A DNA stretch of 63,485 nucleotides from Klebsormidium nitens (Eukaryota; Plantae; Klebsormidiophyceae). The notes under the pieces were generated by a model. That model was given only the letters and a program-made list of their open reading frames with translations, ran no database searches and was not told the origin of the DNA. Where the stretch lies: the NCBI GenBank assembly GCA_000708835.1, contig DF237177.1, forward strand, positions 62,001-125,485, given 5' to 3'. Shown here piece by piece: positions 36,128-47,500 of the stretch; the first letter of the stretch is position 1, and each line of letters starts with the position of its first letter. Made by a program: the position numbers and the translations under genes.

Positions 36128-37180
36128 CTAGAACTGGATCTTATAACCGTCCGGTCGGTAATGGAGCTCATAGTGGCGCATCGCGATTGGTGCCGTATGC
36201 AACATTGACCTGGCAAGCTGGTCTCGTTCAGAGAGGCTCGGCGCATCCTTCATAGCAGTGCTGACAGTGATTTTTCGAAGGAGGCACGATCCCAGATTTG
36301 AGTCGGGATAGATGGCCGCTAAAAACTTTGTCAGGTAACCGGACCCCATTGGAGCATCTGGTGTTCTCATTCGGCTCAACAGGTACTTTCGCGGAAAAAT
36401 AGCAAGACTTTCCGCAATCACGTTGCAAAGCCGGACCGGTATGTCGAGAATCTGCGGCCCGTGCGTTTTGCCGGTTTTGTAGGACTTCAGGTGGAGCCTA
36501 TAGCTGCCCTTTGCATACTCCAGGAGGTAGTTGCGGGATCCCGCCATGAGCTCACGCGCGGCAGTGCTCCCAACCTCTTCGAAGCGCACGATGGGAAGAT
36601 TGCTCCAATCATTACGGATCGCCGGCATTTGTGTGTACAAACAGAGCACGAGGTAGCGACAAAGCGTCACTTTGTCTCCAACTGTGACCTCTTCTGGCTT
36701 CTTTGGCGCGATGGATCGATTGACTTTTCGTTGAAGCTCGATGCGGCGTTGATTGATTTCGTCCAAGGACTTCCAGTTTTTGGCCTCACGCTCTGACATA
36801 TGCTGGGGTGGTCGAGCTTCTTCCATGGCCTTTCTAACAGTACAGTATCGTTTGAAAAGTGCCTCGTAGGTCTGTTGATCACTGGGCCACAGTTTTCGGG
36901 CGATCACCAAGAGTGGACTTATGCTCGTGGCTTGTGTAGGCAATTTGTCTGAATACACGTTATCCAGATACTCTATGATCTTGGTCGTATCTTTGACCCA
37001 GTCGAGATTCTCGAAATCCTCCCTCGAAGCATGCATGCTCTTAAAGAGGCGCATCACTCGTGCACAGTACTGCTCGACCGTGTGCGGCTTTCGTGTCGAG
37101 TCATCAAAGATTTCGTGAAGCAGCCGTTCTGCTGACGACAAAGTTGCTATAACCTTTCTGTTTGCATCTGAAGCTGCCAT
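36128..37180 (-). CDS. Tyrosine recombinase/integrase (350 aa, intact, intronless)
   Basis: Ordered catalytic motifs: PAIRND (R), YKTGKTHG (K), GSCLLRK (R, with the usual His of HxxR substituted), LARSMLHT (H), MRHYE (Y). Confidence 0.85.
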   Translation of the reverse strand: MAASDANRKVIATLSSAERLLHEIFDDSTRKPHTVEQYCARVMRLFKSMHASREDFENLDWVKDTTKIIEYLDNVYSDKLPTQATSISPLLVIARKLWPSDQQTYEALFKRYCTVRKAMEEARPPQHMSEREAKNWKSLDEINQRRIELQRKVNRSIAPKKPEEVTVGDKVTLCRYLVLCLYTQMPAIRNDWSNLPIVRFEEVGSTAARELMAGSRNYLLEYAKGSYRLHLKSYKTGKTHGPQILDIPVRLCNVIAESLAIFPRKYLLSRMRTPDAPMGSGYLTKFLAAIYPDSNLGSCLLRKITVSTAMKDAPSLSERDQLARSMLHTAPIAMRHYELHYRPDGYKIQF

Positions 37181-37347
37181 GCCTTATGTATCTGGATACC
37201 GAGAAAAAAAAGATGAACGGCATCTGGCCGCAAAGTGCTCAGATACCGAATATCCGTGTTCATCTTTGTTTTCACCGTTTTGGTGCGCCTAGGAGCTTTC
37301 ATGGTTATCTCACACGCAAAAGCTTCTAAAACCCGACATAGGGGCTT

Positions 37348-38483
37348 TTACGCCACTCCACTATCGGCCGATATCTGAATATTGCCAGATACCCGAATAT
37401 GGGTGTACATAATTTCTAAAACGGGGGCCTTTTTAGCAATCCAGTATCTAGAAGTGGAGTCTCGTGAAGATTCGGTGGCATGGCGAACCTTGTTGGGATT
37501 TGCAAGCGCCTCTAATTCCAAGACGGGTGCCTCACTCCACACCATGCTAGGGGCATATTCGGCACTCGATGGAGAACGGGCTTGAATGTCTGTGCAACTG
37601 GTTGGAAAAACCAACTCTCGTTCATGCGACATGTTCTTTAGCCGTGATTCCCTCAGTCGTAGCTTCTTTGCTTGACGTTGAGCCCGAGACGCGTTTTTGA
37701 GAGCAATCCGCCAACTGACCTTCACAGCAAATGGGCCATGGATGCCGCTTCGATCCCAATATGAAAAAAAACCTTCTGCATTCAGGGAGCGCACAAGCGC
37801 TCTGGTAATATGACGCAGGTTAAACGGTTCTGCAAGAGCGCGGATTCCCGCCAAGGCAGCTGGATCAAGGATCGTTTCAAGCAATCCAAATTCCTTGAAC
37901 GATCTTACTATTGCGGTTCTAGCACTCTGAAGAACCGCTTGGTCCATCTGCTCGATCGCAAACGTAGTCGGAGGACGAAAGCCTAAAATTGCATCCATTC
38001 AAATCGTTGAATACGGCGCACAAAAGAATCACAAGATATCATTGCACACAGCCGCTAAGTGCTTGATGAGCTTGATGACGTCAGCAGCCATTCCACCAAA
38101 TTATCCGAATAATGGGTAGAATGGCCGGACATCATGTGCATGTACCGACCAATACCACCAATTATCTGTGATCACTGGCGCAAAGTTGTCTCAGCGTCCG
38201 TGTTTTTCACGTACTTTTTGAGAGCGGCCCCTCTGATGACGTCAGCAGCCATCCCCACCAATAATGCTCTGTAATCAACGGTGCGAAGGTGTNNNNNNNN
38301 NNNNNNNNNNNNCGATCGTACTATTGCGGTTCTAGCGCTTTCAAGAACCGCTCGGTCCATCTGCTCGATCGCATACGTAGTCGGAGGACGAAAGCCTAAG
38401 ATTGCATCCATTGTGAGGCTAGAGTACGGTCGACAAAAGAAAGCATAAACCAATTGCCAATCTGGTTGGTCCACACCATACAT
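37348..38483 (-). CDS. Hypothetical protein, partly duplicated either side of a 20-N gap
   Basis: MDAILGFRPPT.AIEQMD.AVL.SARTAIVRS occurs at about 37900-37998 and 38315-38412; no recognisable motif. Confidence 0.4.
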
Positions 38484-38933
38484 GCGGCTTTGAAGAGAAA
38501 AACGTGAAGCTCTTGTTAACCATTGGCAACGTGTGGACTAGCAAGCAAAAAATGCCTTGCTTTCCTAAATGTATGGTGGATGGCCGGCCCGATTTGGCTG
38601 GTCCACACCTTGCATGCATGGAGTCAAGCAAAGGGGGTCGGGCCGAGGGGGTCAGGCTAGAGGGGTCAGACAAAGGGGGTCAGGCTAGGGGGTTCAGATA
38701 AAGGGAGTCAGGCTAGGGGGGTCAGGCTAGGGGGGTCAAATAAAGGGAGTCAGGTTAAGGGGGTCAAGCTAGGGTGGTCAGACATTGAGGGGGTCAGGCT
38801 AAGGGGGTCAGACAAAGCGGGTCAAGCAAAGGGGATAAAGCGACTTGAAAAATCCATCAGAATTCGGACACTTGGACACTTTCGCGCCATTGATCACACA
38901 CAAAAAGCGCAGGGAATGGCTGCTGACGTCATC
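38074..38933. repeat. 21-bp perfect inverted repeat containing TGACGTCA, with extra degenerate copies
   Basis: GATGACGTCAGCAGCCATTCC at 38074-38094 and its exact reverse complement at 38913-38933; near copies at about 38236 and 39025. Confidence 0.85.
38621..38834 (+). repeat. G-rich array of about 14-bp units (GGGGGTCAGGCTA(G) / GGGGTCAGACAAA), about 15 units
   Basis: Directly visible tandem degenerate units with G4-G6 tracts on the + strand. Confidence 0.9.
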
Positions 38934-39080
38934 AACAATGGTTGACTTGAGAACTCTCATCAAAAACTCGGATACCGTACCTGGACGCTTTTCGCGCCAT
39001 CGATCACAGGTGACAGCGCAGAGGAAGGCTGCTGACATCATCCAAGGGGGTCGATTTAATGATTGCCATATGCATGCGAC

Positions 39081-39570
39081 CGACGTCAATTTGCACCAGC
39101 TTGAAAACCTTGATGTATAGAACGGTGGTGCAAATTGTCAGCCGCCACGCCGCGCGCTTTTTGGGTATATTGTAGCTGATTGTGGCATTGCCTGCTCACA
39201 AGTGTTGACAATCTGCACTGGCTTGAAAGCCTTGATGTATAGAACGGTGGTGCAAATTGTCAGCCGCCACGCCGCGCGCTTTTCGAGTATATTGTAGCTG
39301 ATTGTGGCACCGCCTGCTCACGAGTGTTGACAATCTGCACCGGCTTGAAAGCCTTGATGTATAGAACGGTGGTGCAAATTGTCAGCCGCCACGCGGCGCG
39401 CTTTTCGGGTATATTGTAGCTTATGGACGAATGACTCGGTGTCAATTTGCACTGGCTTGAAAGCTCTGATGTATAGAACGGCGGTGCAAATTGTCAGCCG
39501 CCACGTCGGCGCGCACTTTTTGGGATGTTGTAGCTGATGGTGGGAATCCATCGTGATTGACAGATCGCAC
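39081..39570 (-). repeat. Hairpin satellite, left array (about 4 units of 113-122 bp)
   Basis: TTGATGTATAGAACGG recurs at about 39110, 39232 and 39354, with a variant near 39467; each unit has TGACAAT(C/T)TGCAC-N~31-GTGCAAATTGTCA. Confidence 0.9.
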
Positions 39571-39742
39571 CGGCAAGATGGGGCCTCGCACGGACCGGGT
39601 ATCCGCCGTCTCTATGGATGCTCCGTAGCACGTCTACCGAGTACGACAGCCGGTGCATGTGATACGCTGGCCTTTGTTGTGCCGCTTCACACACTTAAGG
39701 AGATCGTGAGTCTCCAAGAAGCACCAGATCCAGATCTTTGCA

Positions 39743-40093
39743 ATGATTTGCCTACCAGACGGAAGCCATTTGTGTCGTGCGGTGGGCGTAAGCTTTGAAG
39801 GCAGGCAAGCTGCGGTGCGCACCCTTCGACCAGGGCAAGAGCTGCTGCTCGTTAGGGATGCGACGAACGAGCACGATCCGCATTCCATCGCGATCTTCAA
39901 GGCGGGAGATCTGGGCTCGCACCTTGGGTTCGTCGGGCGGGACAGCAACCATCACGAGGCGTTTGACGCGGCTCGTGCGGGACGGACACAGTCTGCACTT
40001 GTGCACAGCGTCGGCCCCTGCAGCAGCAGCGGACTCTGGGGGTACACCATGAGGGTCGGGGCACCTCATGATAGCTCGAGTATTATTGCATGA
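39743..40093 (+). CDS. Stand-alone HIRAN-like domain ORF (116 aa)
   Basis: AVGVSFEGRQ..V..L.PGQELLLVRDATNEHDPHSIAI......LGFVGR matches the HIRAN pattern; the true start is uncertain. Confidence 0.7.
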   Translation: MICLPDGSHLCRAVGVSFEGRQAAVRTLRPGQELLLVRDATNEHDPHSIAIFKAGDLGSHLGFVGRDSNHHEAFDAARAGRTQSALVHSVGPCSSSGLWGYTMRVGAPHDSSSIIA

Positions 40094-40094
40094 T

Positions 40095-41330
40095 TTCGTT
40101 GTGGCGCGGTTGACGATCTCTACCATGGTGCTATACACCAGAGCTTTCCGATCGGTGCAAATCCACTCCGATCGACCATAGCCGAAAGCGCGCGGCGTGC
40201 CAGGTCGGCTGACAATTTGCACCACTGTTCCATACATCAAGGCTTGCAAAGCGGTGCAGATTGTCAACGCGGAGGCGTTCTCACCTCCAGCTACAACATC
40301 ACTGCAAAGCGCACGGCATGGCCGGTTGACAATTTGCACCACCATTTTAGATATATCAGAGCTTTCAAACCAGTGGCGATTGACGTCGAGGTGTTTTCGA
40401 GATCCACTCCAACATGCCGGAATGCGCCCGGCGTGGCGACTAACAAGATGCACCACTGTGCTAAAGATTATAATCTCAAAGCAGTGCAGATTGTTGACAA
40501 TGAGGTCTTTCTTCCATCAACTACAACATCGCTGAAAAGTGTGCAACATGGCGGCTGACAATATGCACCCCCGGTCTATACATCAGAGCTTTCAAGCCAG
40601 TGCAAATTGTCGTCGAGGTGATTCCACGATCACCTTCTACATGCCGAAATGCCGTCGGCATGGCGGGTGACAATATGCACCACCATGCTATACATCAGAG
40701 CTTTTCAACCGGTGCAGATTGACGTCAAGCTGTTTCCACGATCGACGGCTACTACATGCGAGAAAGCGTCCGGCGTGGCGGCTGACAATTTGCACCACCG
40801 TTCTATACATCAGAGCTTTCAAGCCAGTGCAAATTGTTGTCGAGGTGTTTCCACGATCACCTTCTACATGCCGGATTGCGCGCAGCATGGTGGGTGACAA
40901 TATGCACCACCATGCTATACATCAAAACTTTCCAACCGGTGCAGATTGACGTCATGCTGTTTCCACGATCGGCTACTACAGGCGAGAAAGCGCGCGGCAT
41001 GGCGGGTGACAATATGCACCACCGAGCTATACATCAGAGCTTTCAAACCAGTGCAAATTGTCAACGATGAGGTCTTTCTTCCATTAACTACAACATCGCT
41101 GAAAAGTGTGCAGCATGGCGACTGACAATATGCACCCCCGGTCTATACATCAGAGCTTTCAAGCCAGTGCAAATTGTCGTCGAGGTGTTTCCACAATCAC
41201 CTTCTAAATGCCGGAATGCGCGCGGCATGGCGGGTGACAATATGCACCACCGTGCTATACATCAGAGCTTTCAAACCAATGCAAATTGACATCGAGGTGT
41301 CTTCACGATCGGTCACAACAGCTAAAAATG
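40095..41330 (+). repeat. Hairpin satellite, right array (about 10 units of 112-117 bp), reverse complement of the left array
   Basis: Recurrent GGC(G/T)G(C/G)TGACAAT(A/T)TGCACCACC..CTATACATCAGAGCTTTCAA.CCAGTGCA(A/G)ATTG; the inter-hairpin segments are related to one another. Confidence 0.92.
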
Positions 41331-41536
41331 CGTGCAGCGTGATCGGCTACGGGCTCGTATCGACGAAGAAGTCAAATACCTTACAATCGCGGTCAAAACG
41401 CGGCTTGATTAATCGCAATGGGCGACATCCTTAGATGTAAGATTCCTAAAATCAACCAAAGCCTACAATAATTAGTGATAGATACTTTCAAATGCAGCTT
41501 GACAACCTCAGATATCTCTTTTGAGACTCGCCCCCT

Positions 41537-44500
41537 TCACCGGCTGATCATGCACTCCACCTCTGCGACCCTCTGCGGGGTGAAAAAACCGTATCGCTCG
41601 TGCAAGCCTCGATAGATTGCGGGCGTCAACAGGTGGGGAGTTTTGAATTTGCCCCCGCTCTTTTTCGCCTTTCGTACCTCGATCCCGAGGCCCGCTCTGA
41701 GCACATTCGCCACCGCATTCCGCTTCTGGGCCCATTTCTCGTTCACTCTCCCATCAGCAGCTTTCGAGGGCCTGGAGATCTGTTGCTTGAAGCCGTAGAG
41801 ATTGAAGATGGTTTTCAAGCGCTCCTTGCTAGGCCCAATGAGCTCCGTATAGGCAGCCTGCACGCGCTCCTCCGACACCTCCCACCGCTCTGACTCGTGG
41901 TTCAGCGCCGTCTCCTCGCACTCGACAAGAAAGGCCAGGACGCGCACCGCAAACGGCACACGGTTGACAGGGTCGCGTAGTTCACGGACGTACTCCTGGA
42001 CCATGTCCGCCTCATTGATCTGGCCGAGCGCTCTGTCCAGGTCTCCGACGAGGGTGTCGAAGCGGTGCTCGCGGAATCTGCAGATTGCAGGGAGCGTTTG
42101 AAGCAGCCTGACATTTGACCACGATCGACCCCACGACACAGCCGAACTGTGAAAACAGCCCCAAGATCGCGCCAGAGCCGTGGCAGATTCAAAACGAACC
42201 TGACTGCAGGTCTCTGAAATCAGCTTGCCCCGCATCCGAAACATCCTCTGTGACTCTGCGCCCGAACTAGCATGCCCATGGCACGGAACCCAAAGCCCAC
42301 GCAAGAGCCAACCCAAAATCATAGCAAACCATGCCTCACATCAGCTCGACCACACCAAATCAGGCTCAAGGCGGATCCGAGACCAGCCTAATCGTGCCCC
42401 AAATGTAACTGACCGCTGCCCTTGGAACAACCCGAAAAGAAGGCCCACGGCACACCCACAGCAAGACAATAGCAGGCCCTAAACAGCTTGACTTTTGGCG
42501 GGATTCGACCTGATCGCACATCAAACAAATGTTTTGAAGTTGAACAGCCAGCAAGCGGGTCAACGAGTGAAAGATACGTGAACTTTGGGTACGTTTGAGT
42601 TCCAACACAGTGGAACTCAATGACAGCAAAACTTCGAAGGCTTTCATTGTGGCTTGAGACGACGCGCGATGGGAACAGTGCAGGTACCTCAGATAGTTGG
42701 CATGGGCCTCTTTGGTACCCTTCGCTTCGTCCGAGTCGGCGCAAAAGCGGATGTAGAAGGAGTGATCGACTCGGCCAGGGTCGACTCTGTACTCCTTCGT
42801 GACCATCTCGTACAAGTATTCTTGCAGCTGCTCCTTCGAAGTCAGGTCGTCGGGTCTCTCGCACAGAATCTCGTACTGCTCCGCACTGATGATGTACTTG
42901 GCTCGCCAATCTTTGTCATTCAGAAGCTCTGGGCCCTCATCAAAGCCGAGGGGTACCTCTGGGGGCGGGCGTCCCGGAGTGCCCTGAGAAAGAAGGCAAG
43001 GACATGTGACTTAGTATTTGGCGGATGTGATAAGCGATCCTGCATCAATGGTAGAGAGCACGTGACTCTCGATCGTGAAACAATGATGCTATGGTTATCT
43101 CCCGCAACGCTGCCCCCTCGTAAAAGACACCTGTCATCCTCTGAACGTGAGCGACACACGCCAATGTGCCCACATACCTGGAGTACTTGTGGGGGAAAGC
43201 GCCCTGTTTGAATGCAGAGAAAGTCTGGTTCATGCAAAGAGCCTAGGCCTCGAGGCAGCTGGGCAACCTCACCCTCGGTTCGATGTGCTCAACAGTCACC
43301 ACAAACCCTTGGTTCTCCAGGTCGGCTCTCAGCTTCGGCACGTACTCCAGGTAGCTTTCGACCTTTGCGAGGATGTTGTTCGCGTACAAGACGCAGCTCG
43401 CTGACGAGCGGTCGCAGATGCCCTGCGAACCCCTCAGAAAGTGAAAGCCCGATGCGTCGCCGAGCATCTGCACGATCTGCCTGTCGTCTCGCTCGATCGC
43501 CCGAAAGACCGCCTCTGTCGAGCGCGGCAGATCCACTGCTGACGAGATCACCTGCTTGCAATAGATGGTGGAGTCGGTGACCGTCCGAAATCGAGCATGC
43601 TGCTGAAGCAGCGTCTCGACTGTTGGACCCGTCAGGTTGTTGAGGGCAAAAGGGACCGTCTCCTCAGCGTGCGGCTTCTCTTTGGAGACACCCGGACCTA
43701 GCTTCGGAGAAAAGGCCACGAGATCCGCTTCCAGATAGGTGTCAGGCTCGGCCATCGCCCTCTGGAAGAAATCCTCGTCATCTCTCGACCTTTTGTCCGC
43801 GTGCAAAAAGATGCCGCGGCGATCGGACTCGGCGGGTGGGTTGTCGATGTTGAAATGGTGTTCCAGGTTCTTCACGAAGCGCTTGGATGTCGAAGGGCAC
43901 TGCGCAAAAAGACTACGAGCAGACTTGTCAGCTTTATTGAGCAAGAAGCAGATAAGCGCCAAATCACCGGACTAGAAGCCTTGTTATACCCCAGAAATTC
44001 CTGACCGTAGCCCCGTCGATCCCCACCTGACCGCGCCCCAGGAACACTTTGACCGCGGCTCAAAATCAACCCGAACCCAGGCCCACAGCAGACCACAGAC
44101 GAACAACCGCGCGGGCCGGCCCGAAATCAGGCCCACAGCAGACCACAGACAAACGACCGCACGCCCCCACTGTAACCATCATGATCACGGCCCTGAACTC
44201 TAAGCCTACGGACCCCAAATCCACCTTAACTGCAGCTCGAAACCACCCCCCGAAACCAGGCCCACAACAGAGCAACGACGAGCCTGACGGCGCGCACGCA
44301 TCTTGAAGCAGCCTAGCATGGCTCTGGATTCTAGCACGGGCCCCATGGCCGCGCCCAAACCCGCTTTTTGAACCCTGCCCATGTTCGATTGAAGCCCAAA
44401 ACGAACCTGGAACCAGTACGAAAGCAAGCCCCGCGGCCAGCTGGGCCAGCTTGTTCTGTTCTGGTGCTCGCTACCTTGCGGTTCAACCTTGGAGTCTCTC

Positions 44501-47500
44501 GAGCAGCCTGGAGCGAGAGCTTACCACGACCTTCGTGCCTCGAGCGACACGGTCCAGCACATCCTGCACCACGGTGCCGATGCATTCGAGCGACCCATCC
44601 CTGCCGGAAAGACCCGGATGGTCGCCCGCCTCGTCGCCGGGTATAGGCCCCTGTTCCGGATCCTGTGGAGGGCCCCATCCGGCCGGACCATGAAGAGGTA
44701 CTCCATCACCCGCTTGCAGTCGATGTTGGCGTCCATGCCGATGACGACTTTCGCTCCCGCCACAAACGCCTCCAGGCAGGCCAGCACCCTGCCCCGTTGG
44801 CTCATGACCTCAGAGTTGAGGTTCGTGAGCACCATGTCCATCTCGTCCATCCCCACGACGTCCATCCTGGATTGCACGCGGTGAATTGAGTTGATGCAGC
44901 AGACAACGCGGGGGGCGTTGATAGGCCCTGGTGGCGCCTCCAGGTACAGCACGACGTCCTCCACGCCCGCCTCGACCAAGTCCTGGTGATACTTGCGGGA
45001 GAGCGAGATGTTGGCTCCAATAAGGAGGAAGGAGAGCCCAGGGTTCCTCCCGACCATGGCCACCTCCCACTCCACAAACGCCTTCGACTTCCCGACCCCC
45101 TTCTTGGCAGAACTCAGGATGGTTCGCTTGCGGACGTGCGTGAGCTCGAACACGGGGTAGGGGCGCATCCTCAGATTCTCTTCGTAATCCTCCGTCCAGC
45201 CGAGCGCTGTGAGGACGTCCAGGGGCAGCACCCGACACTCGCCCCTGCAGAAAAGAGGGCAAGAGACGCTCCTGAGCACTGGCATACTGAGCGCCTATGC
45301 CATGTGGCACTCAGTCTGTCAACCTTGCGTTAGTCTCAAGACAGACCTGACTGTGGGTCTGAGGTGCCCCCTCCCCCTCTTCGAGAATCAGCTTAACGGC
45401 CGGCAACCAACCAGCCCCGAAACCAGCCCAACAACAGCCAGAAGCGATCTTACAATTCGCTCAAAAAAAGCCTCCCCGCGACTCAAACCAGTCCCAAAAC
45501 CAGGCCCTCTGCAAACAAGAAACGAGCTTGCCATACGCCCAACTTCAGCCTGACCGCGCTTTTGGGATCAGCCAGACTGCGGCTCCAGAACAATCTCGAA
45601 AGACCGAGAATGTTCGAGCTTAACTGTACGCCCAAATCAGCCTGATCGCGCTCCTTAATCAGCGAGACAACGGATGCAAAACAGTCTTCAACCAGATCAA
45701 GAGCAGCGCAAAAAACCCCTTACTGCGCGCCTCAGATTCAACCCGACAACACTCTCAAGACAACCCAACCACAGCTTAAAGCAGTCCCCAACCAGGCCCA
45801 CTGCAAACAAGAAACGAGCCTGACCATGCGCCCAGATTCACCCTGACCACACTCTCAAGACAACCCAACCACAGCTTATCCGAAGCAGAGTGAGTTTTTG
45901 ACTGACGCCAATGACGCCAATGGTGCTGTGCAAGGCAGACCAACAAGTACCATGCTCTTAACTGATGCCAATGATGCTGTGCAACAGTAGACCAGGCTCT
46001 TGATTGACAATCAGTGATGAAAGCAATATGATAGAAGGCAGTTTTGCCATGAATGTCCCCACCTTAGCGCCAGCCTGCCGTAACAGACTGTTTCCCACGC
46101 GAGGTATGCAGTTGATTTGAAATCAATCATCTGCACGGATTCGCTACCAAAATTTGATGTTAAGGATAGTGGTACGCTGAAGAAGCTTCGCGTTTTCCCT
46201 TTTGACCGAGAGTTTGTGGAAAAGCCAAAGCCAAATACTAACGAGCGGCTGATTGATTATCAGCTTTCTGAGAAGATTACAGCAAGTCCCAAACCAGGCC
46301 CACTGCAAACAAAAAACGAGCATGACCATGCGCCAAGATTCACCCTGACCACACTCTCTTCACAAGCAACCTGACCGCGCTTTTGAAACCAGCCGGGCTG
46401 CGTCTCTGGAGCAGTACCAAAATCAGATCCTCGATCGAGCAAACAAGCCTGATTGTACGCCCAAAGCAGCTTGACCACACGCTCCCTAACTAGCAAGACA
46501 GCGGACGCAAACCAGTCTCTAGAACCAGACCCATAGGAGGAAGAAACGATCCTCACAATGCACCCTACTTAACTAGGGTGCCCAAATGAAGCCTAAAACA
46601 GTCCCAAATCATGCCTATTGAGAACAGTCTGGAATCTGGATTCACAGCACACCCGAAACGAACTAAGCCTATGTGCCCCTAAGTCTGCACTAACTCCTTT
46701 CGACGCCTGAAGCTTTTTTGCCAGTGCAGGTTGACAACCAAGCCATGCCAACGCTTCTCAAAACTTTGCCAACCACTGGGTCGACTCACCTGCAGCTGTT
46801 CGCAAAGCATTGGTACCGTGCAATGCGCGGCTCATCCCGCTTGTAGATGAGGTACGGGTTCTGGTTGCCCAGAGACGTGTGGCGCCTGCCCGCGATGCAG
46901 CACGTGGGTTCGGGCGAACGGAAGTGGACGAAGAAAACCCCCGGCCGCTCCTGCACCACCCAGTCGAGGGCGGCCCCGGGATGGTCCTGCCTGCAGCGGG
47001 CGAGGAGGACAGCCCGCTCCTGCTCGGTGAGGTCCTCACCGGGCCTCTGTGAGGTGCTCGCATCGTCGAGGGCGAGCGCTCTCTGCCGGAAGGCCCCCAC
47101 GCGGGCCGGAGCAGGCGGAGCGGGCCTCGCGGACGTCCACTCCCCCAGGAGGTCAGCGCTGATCTCGGTGGACACCCTCCGCTCCGCTTCCGAGTAAAGG
47201 CAGACTAGGTGGTCCGCGATCCCCTCGGAGCTGCCCTCCGAAGGGATGAGGGGGCGGAAACGGTCCCCGAATTTGGACGACCTTAGCAGTCGGAAGCAGC
47301 GCCGGCGGTCATAAACTGAATCGTCCCACACATATTCGGATCCACCGTCTTTCCTTAAGAGCTCAACACTGAGCTTCAGGTCGTCTGGGGGGCTCTCCAA
47401 AAAGCACTGGAAGGCCTTCCCGAATGCTCTCCTGGCTTCTAACCCCCCCAGGTAGAATCCCTGGAGCACCTCGTGCACGCTGTACTTGAACCCCTGCTTC

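Noticed and set aside
38621-38834. Telomeric repeat tract
   Set aside because: Units are about 14 bp and degenerate, not TTTAGGG-type, and the array is internal.
40095-41330. CRISPR array
   Set aside because: The segments between conserved hairpins are homologous to each other, the repeats are degenerate and about 60 bp long, no cas genes are visible, and the context is eukaryotic.
39260-41434. Repeat-protein ORFs (WRLTICTTVLYIRAFKPVQI)
   Set aside because: Unit lengths vary (112-122 bp) and shift frame; ORFs occur on both strands, so they are translations of a non-coding satellite.
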